A DNA stretch of 64,000 nucleotides from Planctomycetota bacterium (GTDB lineage: Bacteria > Planctomycetota > UBA1135 > UBA2386), in NCBI GenBank assembly GCA_965228735.1, contig OZ245838.1, forward strand, positions 7,104,001 through 7,168,000, in the 5' to 3' direction. A model generated the notes under the pieces. The model did no database searches, was not told the DNA's origin, and worked only from the letters and a program-made list of their open reading frames with translations. Of the stretch, positions 37,814 through 48,446 are shown piece by piece; within the stretch, counting starts at the first letter, position 1; every line of letters begins with the position of its first letter. Made by a program: the position numbers and the translations under genes.

Positions 37814-40813
37814 TCAGCCGCCCAGGGTCATCACGAGCCCGTTGCTGACCGAGATCGGGGTCGAGGCGTGCACGGTCTGCACCGTGAACCGCACGCCCGT
37901 GAACGTCGACGAGGCCGGGATGTTGAGGGCGTAGGACCACTGCGGCCCGAACTGCAACACGGACGCCGTCGGTCGCAGGAGGTGGGGCCAGCTCACGCAG
38001 TCGGCGGGCAGGACGCCGGGCAGCGCGATCGGACCGGTGACGAGGCCGATCACGAGCGCGCTCACGTTGCCCGTCGGCACCGTGCCTCGAACCGGAATCG
38101 CGCCGCCGAGGACCGGGTGGCCGGCGCGCAGCGTCGGTGGGTCGACGTGGCCGCAGCCGTTGCCGAGTCGGTCGACCGTCGCGCGGCCGCGGATGACGCG
38201 CAGCTCGACGCCCTTCAGCGGTTCGAATGCCGGGAACCAGACACCGCCGCGATGCGCGAGGAGGTCGGTGACGTGACCGATTGCGGCGCCGGGGTCCAGG
38301 TCCGCGACCAGGACCGTGCCGGCCGCGGTGCCGTCCGAGAACCACAGCTCCTTGCCGTGCGTGCCGTCGTCGGCGCGGAAGAACACGCCGCCGGATGCCG
38401 GCGTCAGCAGCAGCGGGTCGGAGGCTCCCGAGCCAGGCCGGATGTCGGCGACCAGTCCCGTTCCCGCGGCGGTGCCGTCGCTCGCGAACAGTTCCCTGCC
38501 GCCGCCGGGGCCCGGCGCGACGAAGAACAGCCGGTCGTTCGAGACGTTCAGGGTGCCGGCCGTCACGGCGAGGGAGGCGATCTGGATCGTGCCCGCCGCG
38601 GTGCCGTCGGTCTTCCAGAGGCCGCTGCCCGCCGTGAACCACATCTCGCCCGCAAACGCCGTGAAGCCGCTCGGGTTGCCGTTGCCCGGGCCGGGCACGA
38701 GGTCCTCAACGAGCGTGGTGCCGGCGCTGGTGCCGTCGGATCGGAACAACTCGGTGCCGAGCGACGGGTGCCTCGCGTAGAACAGCACCTCGTCGCCAAA
38801 CGCCGTCACGCTGCCGGGCGCCGGGGCTGCGCCGGGCTGCAGATCGTGCACCTGGTAGGTGCCGGCGACGGTGCCGTCGGTGGCCCAGAGCTCGTGGCCG
38901 TCATGCCAGTGCAGGGCGGTGAAGAACAGCTTGCCGCCGGCGACGCAGTACGGCCGCGCGTGCGAGGACGCCCCGCCCGGGTTGATGTCGGCGAACTGCA
39001 TCGTGCCGGCCGCGGTACCGTCGGTGACCCAGAGCTCGCGGCCGTCCTGGCCGCCGTCGGCGGTGAAGAACACGCGGCCGTCGAACGCGACGAGGTCGCG
39101 CGGATCGCTCGTCGCGGCGCCGGGCCGGATGTCGCGTAGCAGGATCGTGCCGGCGGGCGTGCCGTCGGTGCGCCAGACTTCGCGGCCGTTCGTGCCGTCA
39201 TCGGCGACGAACAGCGTCACGGTCGCGGCGCCGCGACGGAGGTCGACGAAGGTCGTCGGCGCGCTGCCGCCGGCGCCGGGTTGGAGGTCCGCCAGCAGCG
39301 ACGTCTGGCCGCCGTCGTGGACCCAGAGCTCGAAGCCGGTCGCTGGCTGGTAGGCGGCGAAGTACAGCGCGCCCGTGGTGCTGCCGAACAGCTGGCCCGG
39401 ATAGGCGTCCTCGGTCTGGAAGCCCGGGTTGCAGTCGAACAGCAGCTGGGTGCCGGCGCTCGTGCCGTCGGTGATCCAGAGTTCGCTGCCACCCTGCCCC
39501 TCGCGCGGGTCGTCGGCGCGGAACAGCGCCGTCAGACCGTTGCCGGTCGGCGTGAGCTCGAGCGGCGAGCCGCCGGTCGCGCCCGGCACGATCTCGCGCA
39601 CGCGCAGAGTGCCCGCTGCGGTGCCGTCGGTGTGCCAGAGCTCGGGTCCGCCGCTGCCGTCGTCGGCCGACAACAGGAACGACCCGCCCGGCATCGCGGT
39701 CAGGCCGCTGGGATCGCTGTCACCGACGCCGGGGTGGATGTCGGCGACGAGGCTCACGGTGTTGCCGACGAGTCGATAGAGCTCGGTGCCGGTGCTCGGC
39801 TGTGTGCCGGCGAGATAGAGCGTCGCGCCGTCCAGCAGCATCAGCCGCACGTCCGTCATCATCGGCAGCGGGATCACGGACGTGCCAGCCGCGGTGCCGT
39901 CGGTGCGCATCAGGCGGTTGGCGACGCCGTCGGACGCGCGGAAGAACAGCTGGCCGCCGAGCACCGCGGGCGGACCGCGATCGGGATGGAGCTGCGGGAG
40001 CGACCAACCGCTGCCGGGATCGAGGTCCGCGAGCAGGTTCGTTCCAGCGCTCGTGCCATCGGTCCGCCAGAGCTCGACGCCGTGTATGCCGTCGTTGGCC
40101 CGGAACATCATCCCGCCGCCGAGCGCGACGAACTGCTCGGGCTGGCTGCTCGCGACGAGGCCGGTGCCCGGGCGGATGTCCTTCAGCCGGAACGTGCCGG
40201 CCGCGGTGCCGTCGGTGCGCCACGGTTCGTCACCGGCCTGGTCGCGCCCGCTGAAGTAGACCACCGTCCCGGCCTGATCAGCCGCGAAGTGTTGCGCCGA
40301 GGACACGCCCGAGAACAACGCAACCGTGCCGTTCGCCGTGCCGTCGCTGAGGTAGAGCGTGTTGCCGGCCGAGAACAGCAGCGCGCCGTTCCATTCGAAC
40401 AGCTCCGGGCAATGGCCGGACTGCACGATCGACGTGCCGGCCGCGGTGCCGTCGGTTCGCAGCAGCCCGTTCGACGTCGCGGCGTAGACGATCGAACCGA
40501 GGCAGATCAGCGAACGCGGGTTCGCGCTGGCCTGCCCGGGCGCGAAGTCGACGACCATGCTGGTGCCGGCGGCGGTGCCGTCGGTCTTCCAGATCTCGTT
40601 CCGCTCGTCGAACGTCGTCGCGACGAAGAACCACTCGTTGCCGCACCGCACGAACCCGTGCGGGCTGCCGTCGCGCTCGAAGCCGACCTGGTTGACATCG
40701 TGGACGAGCTCGATCGGTCCGATCGGGCCCTGCGCCGCCAGTAGCTGGGAGGCGATGACGAGGGCGACGAGGACGACGAGAACGGGGGGAGAACGGTGGG
40801 GGCGCGGGCTCAT
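37814..40813 (-). CDS. ELWxxDGT repeat protein with shared C-terminal module
   Basis: Many ELWxTDGTxAGT repeats; signal peptide ending LAA-Q. Confidence 0.93.
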   Translation of the reverse strand: MSPRPHRSPPVLVVLVALVIASQLLAAQGPIGPIELVHDVNQVGFERDGSPHGFVRCGNEWFFVATTFDERNEIWKTDGTAAGTSMVVDFAPGQASANPRSLICLGSIVYAATSNGLLRTDGTAAGTSIVQSGHCPELFEWNGALLFSAGNTLYLSDGTANGTVALFSGVSSAQHFAADQAGTVVYFSGRDQAGDEPWRTDGTAAGTFRLKDIRPGTGLVASSQPEQFVALGGGMMFRANDGIHGVELWRTDGTSAGTNLLADLDPGSGWSLPQLHPDRGPPAVLGGQLFFRASDGVANRLMRTDGTAAGTSVIPLPMMTDVRLMLLDGATLYLAGTQPSTGTELYRLVGNTVSLVADIHPGVGDSDPSGLTAMPGGSFLLSADDGSGGPELWHTDGTAAGTLRVREIVPGATGGSPLELTPTGNGLTALFRADDPREGQGGSELWITDGTSAGTQLLFDCNPGFQTEDAYPGQLFGSTTGALYFAAYQPATGFELWVHDGGQTSLLADLQPGAGGSAPTTFVDLRRGAATVTLFVADDGTNGREVWRTDGTPAGTILLRDIRPGAATSDPRDLVAFDGRVFFTADGGQDGRELWVTDGTAAGTMQFADINPGGASSHARPYCVAGGKLFFTALHWHDGHELWATDGTVAGTYQVHDLQPGAAPAPGSVTAFGDEVLFYARHPSLGTELFRSDGTSAGTTLVEDLVPGPGNGNPSGFTAFAGEMWFTAGSGLWKTDGTAAGTIQIASLAVTAGTLNVSNDRLFFVAPGPGGGRELFASDGTAAGTGLVADIRPGSGASDPLLLTPASGGVFFRADDGTHGKELWFSDGTAAGTVLVADLDPGAAIGHVTDLLAHRGGVWFPAFEPLKGVELRVIRGRATVDRLGNGCGHVDPPTLRAGHPVLGGAIPVRGTVPTGNVSALVIGLVTGPIALPGVLPADCVSWPHLLRPTASVLQFGPQWSYALNIPASSTFTGVRFTVQTVHASTPISVSNGLVMTLGG

Positions 40814-41109
40814 GTCGTCGACTCGCGCGGAGCGGCCGGCAGGGGCAGTCGGCAGGACGGTTTCTTGGTTCGGCCTGTTCCAGCGCTACTGACTCCGGCC
40901 GTTCGTAGGTCGCAAAATACTGCTATTGTGCAACTTGCGTTGAGCGCTGCAAGGTCCTTGCCGCCGGCGAGCCGTCCGTTCGGGTTCGACTTCTAGCGTC
41001 GTCAAGGGGAGGTTCGTTGAGCATCCTGCTCGAACCGTGAGAGAGCGACCGCCCGCGCGCGTCGGTAACCCGAGCGCCGTTTCACGTTGCGACGACGGAG
41101 CAATCCCGT

Positions 41110-41799
41110 TCAGGGGAGGGTGCCACCGTTCTGCTGCAAGTGGCGTGCTGCCTTGCGGCGGCGCTTCGGGGTGCGATCGACGGAGTGCATCCTGGACCGG
41201 TTGTCGGCGTTGGCGTTGAGCGCGAGTACGGCGGCCATGACCAGCTCCATCGCCGTTTCGTCGGGAATGTCTCCGTTCGCCAGAGCAGCCAGAATGTCCT
41301 CGTCCCGCCGCTCTCGAAGACGGGCACGAACCGTGTCGGAACCGGAGTTCCCATCGACGAGGTGCACGCCGAGCAGCATGACCTTCAGTATGAACGATAC
41401 ATCGAGGACTTCTGCGCTCCGTGGCGCCTCTCGCGAGTCTGCGTGCCGGTATCGCCGCCGGTCTCGACCGACCTCTACGAGCAACCGCCCAGCATCCTCG
41501 ATCGCGCCGCCGAGTAGCTGCGGGTTGGATGCGGCAACCATGCGAATCGCGTGAAGCCTGTCGTGAGCGGACACGCCGCGTGCTTCGCCGACCTGACACT
41601 TGTGCGACTGGTACGAGCCCCACAGGCCCCGAGGCAGGCTCTTCTGCAGCACGTGCTGGTGGTACTTGATCGCAGCCTCATCGACGAGGAGGTTGCCGCG
41701 CGCTACCCGACCGTCGAGCAGCAGCGGATAGATCACTACGCCGACGAGCAGCAACAGCAGGATCGTGATTCCCGAGATCAAAACGAGGCCGATTGGCAT
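41110..41799 (-). CDS. Membrane-anchored hypothetical protein
   Basis: N-terminal TM; TAATG overlap with the receiver gene. Confidence 0.65.
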   Translation of the reverse strand: MPIGLVLISGITILLLLLVGVVIYPLLLDGRVARGNLLVDEAAIKYHQHVLQKSLPRGLWGSYQSHKCQVGEARGVSAHDRLHAIRMVAASNPQLLGGAIEDAGRLLVEVGRDRRRYRHADSREAPRSAEVLDVSFILKVMLLGVHLVDGNSGSDTVRARLRERRDEDILAALANGDIPDETAMELVMAAVLALNANADNRSRMHSVDRTPKRRRKAARHLQQNGGTLP

Positions 41800-42248
41800 T
41801 ACTGCTCTCCGTTCTCTGATCGGTCTAGTTTCAGCATGTCGCGGACCTTCTCGACGATCACCCTGGGGCTGTCTTGGCGTCGGAACACGGCCACGCGAAC
41901 GTCGAGCCCTCGGGAGTCAGCGTGCAGCTCCAGTTCCTGCTGGATCCGGTTGACATCGCCGCCATCCAGCACCGTGTACAGGATCACGTTCGATACGCCT
42001 CGGTCGAGTGCTTCACGCGCCAGTCGTGCTCCAAGTCGCCGCTCGAGGGAAAACTCGCCTCGGGCTCGCATCAAGACCACGTCGAGCAGTACGAGGTCGA
42101 CGTGCTTCTCCAAACGGTCTCGCCCTTCGTCGTAGGCCTCCGCCCGGTGTAGCCGAATCGCGAGTTGATCCAGGTACGAACGCAAACCGGTCATGACGCG
42201 CATGTCGTCGTCGACCCATAGGACTACTGGGATCAGCTCCTCGGTCAT
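41799..42248 (-). CDS. Stand-alone atypical response regulator receiver
   Basis: VLWVDDD, LVLLDV and VILYT; Arg at the usual Lys position; ATGA overlap with the kinase. Confidence 0.8.
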   Translation of the reverse strand: MTEELIPVVLWVDDDMRVMTGLRSYLDQLAIRLHRAEAYDEGRDRLEKHVDLVLLDVVLMRARGEFSLERRLGARLAREALDRGVSNVILYTVLDGGDVNRIQQELELHADSRGLDVRVAVFRRQDSPRVIVEKVRDMLKLDRSENGEQ

Positions 42249-43384
42249 TTGCCACTCCACTCTGCAGACATGTGAGCCTCGGCTTCCAGTACGGGAAACA
42301 ACAACGAACACTTGGTCAGGTGCGGGACGTCCTCATCGTCACCGTCTCGTGTCGAGTCCGTCGCGGGGCGTGACTGGATGCGAACCTCGCCGTCGTGCAG
42401 TGACATGATCTCATTGACGACGTACATCCCGATGCCGAAGCCCGGTCTGCCGCTGTTCTGGGCCGCGCTGCCGCGGAACCCGAAGCTTCCGATCCGCGAG
42501 ATCTCGTCCTTGTCGATCGCGATCCCGTAGTTCTGGACGCTGATTTCGACTCTGCGTTGACGAAAGCCTGGGTCGAACAACTTGGCTCGAACGTCGACGT
42601 GGCGCGTCTTCGACGTGGCGGTGGAGAAGTACGAGTACTTGATCGCGTTGGATACGACGTTGCTGAGAGCTTGTTTGATCATCTGAGGATCGGCGCGAAT
42701 CAGGATCGGTTCGGTGATATGGCTGCGCAACTCGATGCCCTTCGAGTCGGCCATGGCTCGCCAGGTCCGAACCACCGACGTGAGTATCTCGGAGAGATCC
42801 AAAGTTGACGTCCGGGGGCGCGAGCGCTTCTCACCCCGCCGTGCGCTGTAGTAGCGCATCAGGTTCTCGAGATGCCAAAGGCCGATCTCGGCCTGCTCGC
42901 CGGCGACTCTGACGTTCGCGGCGATCGGACGAGGCAGGGAGGCGTTCGGGGAGAAGGCGTCGTCGCCGGCGTCGAGAAGGAACTCCGCGGCTCCTTGGAT
43001 GGCCGACAGGGAGACCCCGATCTCATGCATCGTGTTCTCGCGCGCAACCTGGTCACCAAGGGTCAGCTGGGTAACCTCCAACAACGCGAGACCGAGCAGA
43101 TCCACGGTTTCGGCAGCGGATTCGCTCGAAGTGCCACGCAGTCGCACCTGTCCCAGTCCGGGAACGGTCTCCGAGCGCTCGATTGCTTTCGGGAATGTCC
43201 CGGGTTTGCCGAACGTGGCGATCGTTCGGCCATCGACGTCGAGGGTCAGATGTAGGCCGTGACCTGCGACCGACTGCATGATGGCCGTGAACTTGGGAAG
43301 GACGCGGCTCTGGAACTCGGCGAGAGCCCAGCTCGAAGGATCGCCGGGCCCGCTGGTTCCGGCACCGTCACTGAAGTAGCTCAT
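42245..43384 (-). CDS. Cytoplasmic histidine kinase
   Basis: MHEI H-box, NVVSNAIKY, VQNYGI, FGFRG and GFGIGM; no TM. Confidence 0.9.
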   Translation of the reverse strand: MSYFSDGAGTSGPGDPSSWALAEFQSRVLPKFTAIMQSVAGHGLHLTLDVDGRTIATFGKPGTFPKAIERSETVPGLGQVRLRGTSSESAAETVDLLGLALLEVTQLTLGDQVARENTMHEIGVSLSAIQGAAEFLLDAGDDAFSPNASLPRPIAANVRVAGEQAEIGLWHLENLMRYYSARRGEKRSRPRTSTLDLSEILTSVVRTWRAMADSKGIELRSHITEPILIRADPQMIKQALSNVVSNAIKYSYFSTATSKTRHVDVRAKLFDPGFRQRRVEISVQNYGIAIDKDEISRIGSFGFRGSAAQNSGRPGFGIGMYVVNEIMSLHDGEVRIQSRPATDSTRDGDDEDVPHLTKCSLLFPVLEAEAHMSAEWSGK

Positions 43385-44952
43385 TGTCCCCTCGCTTCCG
43401 TGAGAAGCTTCCGCACGCGATCTCCGACCACGGCGCAATCGAGCAGGGGTTGCATGCCCATGTAGCGGAGGTCGGAGAAGAAGGCCGAATCAGCGAACCC
43501 GCGATAGAGCGCTCGTTGCAGGGAGTCGTACGCAAGATCGCCGTGCTCGCACTCCTCGTGGTTGTCCCCGCGGCATGCGCTGCCGGGAATAGCCATGCGA
43601 AGAGCGATCAGCTGAGCCCGCGTGATGAGGTATGCAGGTTGTGGGTTCTTCTGGAAGTCGTCGAATAGCAGCTTGATGTGCTTGTCGATCCAGTCCCGAC
43701 ACTCTTGATCGTCCGTGAGGATCTGCGCCAGTAGTCGGTGTGCTTCCTTCGAGAGGCGAGCCGGTTCGATCCGCGGCCCGTCGCCTGGGTCCCGTTCACC
43801 TTCGTAGCGGATCCGGAGAATGCGATAGATCAGATCCGCGATGTTGTTGCTGTGAGCGCCTACGGACGCTCCGGTGTCGGCGCGGTATCGCTTGACGGCC
43901 TCGTTGATCGCGGCCTCGAACGGGATCGTCGATTTGGTGGCGTTCGTCGGAGTCGGGGCCTGAGTCTCACTGGGCCAGTCGTAGTCCGACTTGATGAGCC
44001 GCCACTGTTGGATGTAGTGCGCGATGCAGTTGCCGATGAGCGAGTCGATTCGCCTTCGATCCTTGTCGCCCGCCTCGCCCTCGGGCGTGACCTCGCGTGC
44101 GCGAAGTAGCAGCGCATGGGCCTTGGCGGTGTAGCGCACGTGGAGCCCCTGTGCTCCGAGGGCGAGGCATCCGCGCGCGCGCATGACCAGCAACTGTCCG
44201 GCCGCTCCCGGAGCCTCGTTGCCGGTGGGGACCATCGGCTCGTAGCAGTGACTCTCGAGATGCTGGTAATACTCTTCTTTCGTCTTGGTTGCGGCGAGGG
44301 CACGGAGCTTCTTGATACCGATGTCGTACGCCGGATCGACGACCGTGAAGCTGCGGCACATTGGCCAGCTGGCATGCGCGGAGTCTTCGGCAAGAAGCGT
44401 CTTCATTGGCGCACTGGGCCGCTCGTCGAAGTTCCGGATGTAGACGAGGTCCTTGAACTGCTCCTCGAGCGCCTCCTGTCGAGTTTGGAGGACGCCGGAG
44501 TACCAAGTGGCAGTGATCGTGACCGCGATCGCCGCAGTCGCGATCATGACGAGGCCGATCGCAGGTCCTTCGATGCGGGACTTCCGGTCGACCATCCAGC
44601 CAGCGAAGCGCGACTGCACCTTGAAGAGCAGGTCGCAGAAGTTCATCCACATGCGGCCGAGGAATTGGCGACTACTCTTGGTGACCGCGGCGAGCAGGAG
44701 CGCGACGGTCAGACTGCCGAGCAAGAGTTCGACGTAGCCCCAGCTCGGTGGCGCCTTCGCCGAGCCGTCTTGCAGGAGCTTGGCTGCGATGGCACGGACG
44801 AGGTAGGCGTCGCCGATCAGCGCGAAGTAGATCACGCTGACCGTGCAGACGAGCAGCACGAGCATGGCGTACGAGCGGTTGAGCACGACGACCTTCGGCC
44901 GACCCGCACCGTAGAGATACGTCAACCACACTCGGTAGGTGGCGTTGAACAT
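43381..44952 (-). CDS. Hypothetical 3-TM protein with helical C-terminal domain
   Basis: Long ORF with three hydrophobic helices; stop overlaps the kinase ATG; start inferred. Confidence 0.7.
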   Translation of the reverse strand: MFNATYRVWLTYLYGAGRPKVVVLNRSYAMLVLLVCTVSVIYFALIGDAYLVRAIAAKLLQDGSAKAPPSWGYVELLLGSLTVALLLAAVTKSSRQFLGRMWMNFCDLLFKVQSRFAGWMVDRKSRIEGPAIGLVMIATAAIAVTITATWYSGVLQTRQEALEEQFKDLVYIRNFDERPSAPMKTLLAEDSAHASWPMCRSFTVVDPAYDIGIKKLRALAATKTKEEYYQHLESHCYEPMVPTGNEAPGAAGQLLVMRARGCLALGAQGLHVRYTAKAHALLLRAREVTPEGEAGDKDRRRIDSLIGNCIAHYIQQWRLIKSDYDWPSETQAPTPTNATKSTIPFEAAINEAVKRYRADTGASVGAHSNNIADLIYRILRIRYEGERDPGDGPRIEPARLSKEAHRLLAQILTDDQECRDWIDKHIKLLFDDFQKNPQPAYLITRAQLIALRMAIPGSACRGDNHEECEHGDLAYDSLQRALYRGFADSAFFSDLRYMGMQPLLDCAVVGDRVRKLLTEARGQ

Positions 44953-45441
44953 GACCGACCTCCTTCCCGACTCTCGAATGAATCGCGCTACGAAAAGCGC
45001 GCGACTACCCAACAGAGGATGCCGGCTGCGCACGGAGTAAGTCAAGTGGCGGGAGCGGTTGCCCCGAGACGAGTCGCAATCGGGAGTCGGTCTCCACGCT
45101 CGATGGACGCTCGTAACGACTTTCGAACTCTTCAACTACGGCGTTCCCCTCGAGCTCGCAGACGATCGCGGCGGATCGCGTTTCGATGTCGACGACATGC
45201 TCGCGATCTACCCGATCACGGGGGAGGTGCTGTTCGACGGCATCGTTGGTAAGTAGCTGCCTCGTCTTCGGGAGTTTGCTGGCGCGAGCGTCGCCCGGGA
45301 ACGTGGGGTGCGGCGCGGCTCGGGCGGAACGCCCGGAGGGAAATCGTCGCGGCATATCGGTTCGCGTTTGGCGTCACCGGCATCACGCGTGTTCTCGCGG
45401 TTTTCCGCACCCTCTGCCCGCGTTCGCGCATCCTGTTCGAT

Positions 45442-45978
45442 GTGACCCGAACCTTCGAGCACGACGACCCCATCGCGCGCTCCGGACGAAGCGATCCGCT
45501 GTCGCCCGCCTGGTTGGACCGCCATCGCGATCGCGTTTACTGGTACCTGCGGTTCTTGCGCTGTCCGCACGACCTCAGTGAAGACCTGACGCAGGACGCC
45601 CTGCACCGCGGCTGGCGAAATCACGAACCGCTCGCCGGGGATGAGCGGACCGCCGATGCCTGGCTGCGCACGACGGCGCGCAATCTGTACTTCGAACACC
45701 TCCGTCGCATGCGGCGGCGCATCGAGTTCGAGGACACCGACATGCTCGAGCGCGTCTGGCAGGAGGAGGTCGAAGCCGATTCACGACGCCATGCGCTGGG
45801 CACGTGCCTGGATGCGCTCGGCGGGCGGGCGCGGCGCGCGTTGGAGATGCACTACGTCGAAGGCCAGGGCCGCGAGGCGATCGGCCGTGAGCTCGGCATC
45901 GGCGTTCATGGCGTCAAGAGCATGTTGCGCCGGCTGCGGCAGAGCCTGAAGGAATGCACCGAGAGGAGACTGCGATGA
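45442..45978 (+). CDS. ECF sigma factor
   Basis: EDLTQDA, AWLRTTARN and VKSMLRRLRQSL. Confidence 0.88.
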   Translation: MTRTFEHDDPIARSGRSDPLSPAWLDRHRDRVYWYLRFLRCPHDLSEDLTQDALHRGWRNHEPLAGDERTADAWLRTTARNLYFEHLRRMRRRIEFEDTDMLERVWQEEVEADSRRHALGTCLDALGGRARRALEMHYVEGQGREAIGRELGIGVHGVKSMLRRLRQSLKECTERRLR

Positions 45979-47705
45979 AGATCGACGAAACGGTGTGCCG
46001 CGATGCGGCGTTCGATGTGTTGCTGGCACGCACGCTCGCCGCAGGGCGTCGCACCGACGTGGCCGCGGCAGTCCGAGCGGACCACCCGCGACCCGCGCGG
46101 CAGAACCTCCTGCAGACGCTGGCCATCGTCGCCGGTATCGCGGTCGTCGTCCTCACCGCGTGGCGATCGTCCCTGCCCGCATCCCCGGTCCAGGACCCGC
46201 AGCGCCCGCTTCGCGAGATCACGTTGCAGGATGCGGAGCACCTGCGGCGTCTCGCCGACGACGTGCACGATGCGTTCGCGCAGTTCGTCCAGGTCGTGAC
46301 CATTCGCTTCCCGATCGGCCGCCAGTTCGGCCAGCAGGTCGACTTCGTCGAAGTACCGGACGCACGAATCGAGGTTGCGAACGGTGCGGCGTTGGCCCGC
46401 GAACTGGCCACCGCATTCGCCAGACCGCGCGATGCATCGGCCTCGCACCAGGACGCGCTGCTCGATCTCCACCTGCCCGTCGATGACGATCGATGCATCG
46501 TGGTGCGTTGCCACCGGACCGGCGGCAAGGTGTCGATCTCGACCGTCGGACTCGGCCTGCGGCACGTCGACGGCGAACTCGCGAACCGCGTGCGGGAGTG
46601 GATGAACCGCGCCAAGGAAGCTGCCGCCCCGACGTTCGTCTTCGCGACGACCGCGCCGGACCTGCGCAATGCACCCGAGACCGTCACTCAGCTAATCGGC
46701 TACGGGGTCGACGACGAGGCGCTGCCTGCCACCAAGCACATGCCGTTGCTGCAGCGCGTCAGGCTCGTCGGCCGCCACACCGACGAGTACCCGCAGGACT
46801 ACGTCGGCGTCGAGCTGTCGGCCACCGGGTTGGCAGAGCTGGCCGCGTGCCCACGGATCACGCACCTGCACCTCGAGAGCGCTGTCCTCGATGATCGCGC
46901 GCTCGGCATCGTTGCCGGGTTCGCCGATCTGCGTGAACTGGTCATCGATGACGGCCGTCGTTGCACGTTCGGCCGCGGGGGAATCGCCCTGTTGGCCAAC
47001 CTGCCGCGCCTCCGCAGCGTGCACATCGACGGTTGCGACGGCCTGACCGACAGCGCGCTGGCGGCGCTGGCGCGCAGCCGCACTCTCACGGAGGTTCGAC
47101 TCGTGGACTGCAATCGCGTGAGCGGGCGTGGTATCCGGGCCCTGCTCGGGGCGACGGCACTGCGTCGACTCGAGCTCGTTCGCGTCGATGTCAGCGGCGA
47201 CGACGACGAGGTCGACACCGATGCATCGGGGCTGCGCGAGCTCGAGCTCGTCAAGTGCACCGGCCGCTTCTCGGCCTGGGAGGTGACCCCGAACATCGCC
47301 CGCCTGAGCCTCTCCGACCAATCGCTCGACGCCGGCGGGATCGAGTCGCTGTGTCGACTGCCGCTGCGGGAGCTGAGGATCTCGCGTTGTCCGGGCGCCG
47401 CGCCGCACCTCGAGCGACTGGCGGCGCTGCCGCGTCTGGAGTCGCTGACGATCCTGGGCATGCGCGCCGGTGCGGATTGGCCGTCGACGTTCGCGAAGCT
47501 GCGTCACGCCGAGTCGCTGCGTCGACTGAGCCTGGTGCAGAACGGGCTGGCCGATGACCACGCCGTGCACCTGCGCCACCTGCAGCAGCTCGACCGGCTC
47601 GACCTGAGATACAACCAGATCCGGCCGAAGCGGCTCGACGAGCTGCGGCAGTGGCTGCCGGGCGTCGCTGTGTTCGGCGACGATTCCCGAGCTGGACCCA
47701 AGTGA
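45975..47705 (+). CDS. Putative anti-sigma factor with TM and leucine-rich repeats
   Basis: ATGA overlap with the ECF gene; one TM; LxxLxLxx repeats. Confidence 0.8.
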   Translation: MKIDETVCRDAAFDVLLARTLAAGRRTDVAAAVRADHPRPARQNLLQTLAIVAGIAVVVLTAWRSSLPASPVQDPQRPLREITLQDAEHLRRLADDVHDAFAQFVQVVTIRFPIGRQFGQQVDFVEVPDARIEVANGAALARELATAFARPRDASASHQDALLDLHLPVDDDRCIVVRCHRTGGKVSISTVGLGLRHVDGELANRVREWMNRAKEAAAPTFVFATTAPDLRNAPETVTQLIGYGVDDEALPATKHMPLLQRVRLVGRHTDEYPQDYVGVELSATGLAELAACPRITHLHLESAVLDDRALGIVAGFADLRELVIDDGRRCTFGRGGIALLANLPRLRSVHIDGCDGLTDSALAALARSRTLTEVRLVDCNRVSGRGIRALLGATALRRLELVRVDVSGDDDEVDTDASGLRELELVKCTGRFSAWEVTPNIARLSLSDQSLDAGGIESLCRLPLRELRISRCPGAAPHLERLAALPRLESLTILGMRAGADWPSTFAKLRHAESLRRLSLVQNGLADDHAVHLRHLQQLDRLDLRYNQIRPKRLDELRQWLPGVAVFGDDSRAGPK

Positions 47706-47882
47706 GGCGAACTCGCGAACCCTTCGTCGCAGCGACGGCAGCGTTGGCTCTGGGAGGGGCGCACCTGTCTTGATGGTCTCACCAGCCAAGCGAATCCACC
47801 ATGCTCTCCTTGGGGCGTTCTTCGGAATGGGCTGGTCGTGGGGGAGCCCGGTGGCGCGGACCGGCGAAGCGGCCGCGCGGCA

Positions 47883-48446
47883 TCACTGCGCTGTCGGCGG
47901 CAGCGGCTCGGGCACCTTGTTGACGATGGCCGGGATCGACTGCAGGAACGCGAACACCGCGCGCAGGTCGGCATCCGTCAGTTGGCGGATCATCTCGTAC
48001 GGCATCGGGGGCAGGATCTGACGCCCGCGACCCTGGTGCCGGCCGGTGCGCATGGCGGCGATGAACTCGTCGCCGGTCCAGCTGCCGAGGCCGGTCTCCG
48101 CGTCGGGCGTCAGGTTGGCGGTGTAGCTCGTCCCCCACGGGCCGCTCCACGCCGTCATCGTGCCGGCGACCGCCGTCGGCCACTCCGGCGTGCCGCGCGG
48201 TGCCGGCGGCAACTCGACGTCGTTCGGGTGGCCGGAGAGCATGCGCGCCATGTCGGGCGCCGGGCCGTGCGGCCCCAGGTGCCACGGCGTGTGGCAGTCG
48301 TTGCACCCCATCGCGGTGACGAGATAGCGCCCCCGGTCGACGGGATCGTGGTGCTCCGCGCGCGGCGCCAGCGAGAAGCCGACGGTGCCCGCGACGAGGG
48401 TGAGAGCCAGGGAGGAGACTAGAATCTTGGTCATCATGTTCTGCAT
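47883..48446 (-). CDS. c-type cytochrome (one CxxCH)
   Basis: Signal peptide; RGRYLV..GCNDCHTP, NLTPD and PPMPY; TGATG overlap. Confidence 0.88.
   Translation of the reverse strand: MQNMMTKILVSSLALTLVAGTVGFSLAPRAEHHDPVDRGRYLVTAMGCNDCHTPWHLGPHGPAPDMARMLSGHPNDVELPPAPRGTPEWPTAVAGTMTAWSGPWGTSYTANLTPDAETGLGSWTGDEFIAAMRTGRHQGRGRQILPPMPYEMIRQLTDADLRAVFAFLQSIPAIVNKVPEPLPPTAQ

Noticed and set aside
34789..37848. Long antisense ORFs (this 1019-aa ORF, 10130..12430, 21118..23181, 28019..30313, 7370..9301 and others)
   Set aside because: High-GC shadow frames opposite motif-bearing genes, with no recognisable motifs.
45041..45256. Short protein-like frame (..FELFNYGVPLELADD..)
   Set aside because: Preceded by an in-frame TAA, no convincing start; at most an unidentifiable relic.
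47706..47882. Minus-strand AAGGAG-ATG mini-ORF (MVDSLGW-TGA) as another recoded gene
   Set aside because: No Cys-motif context, and the downstream frame is not recognisable.
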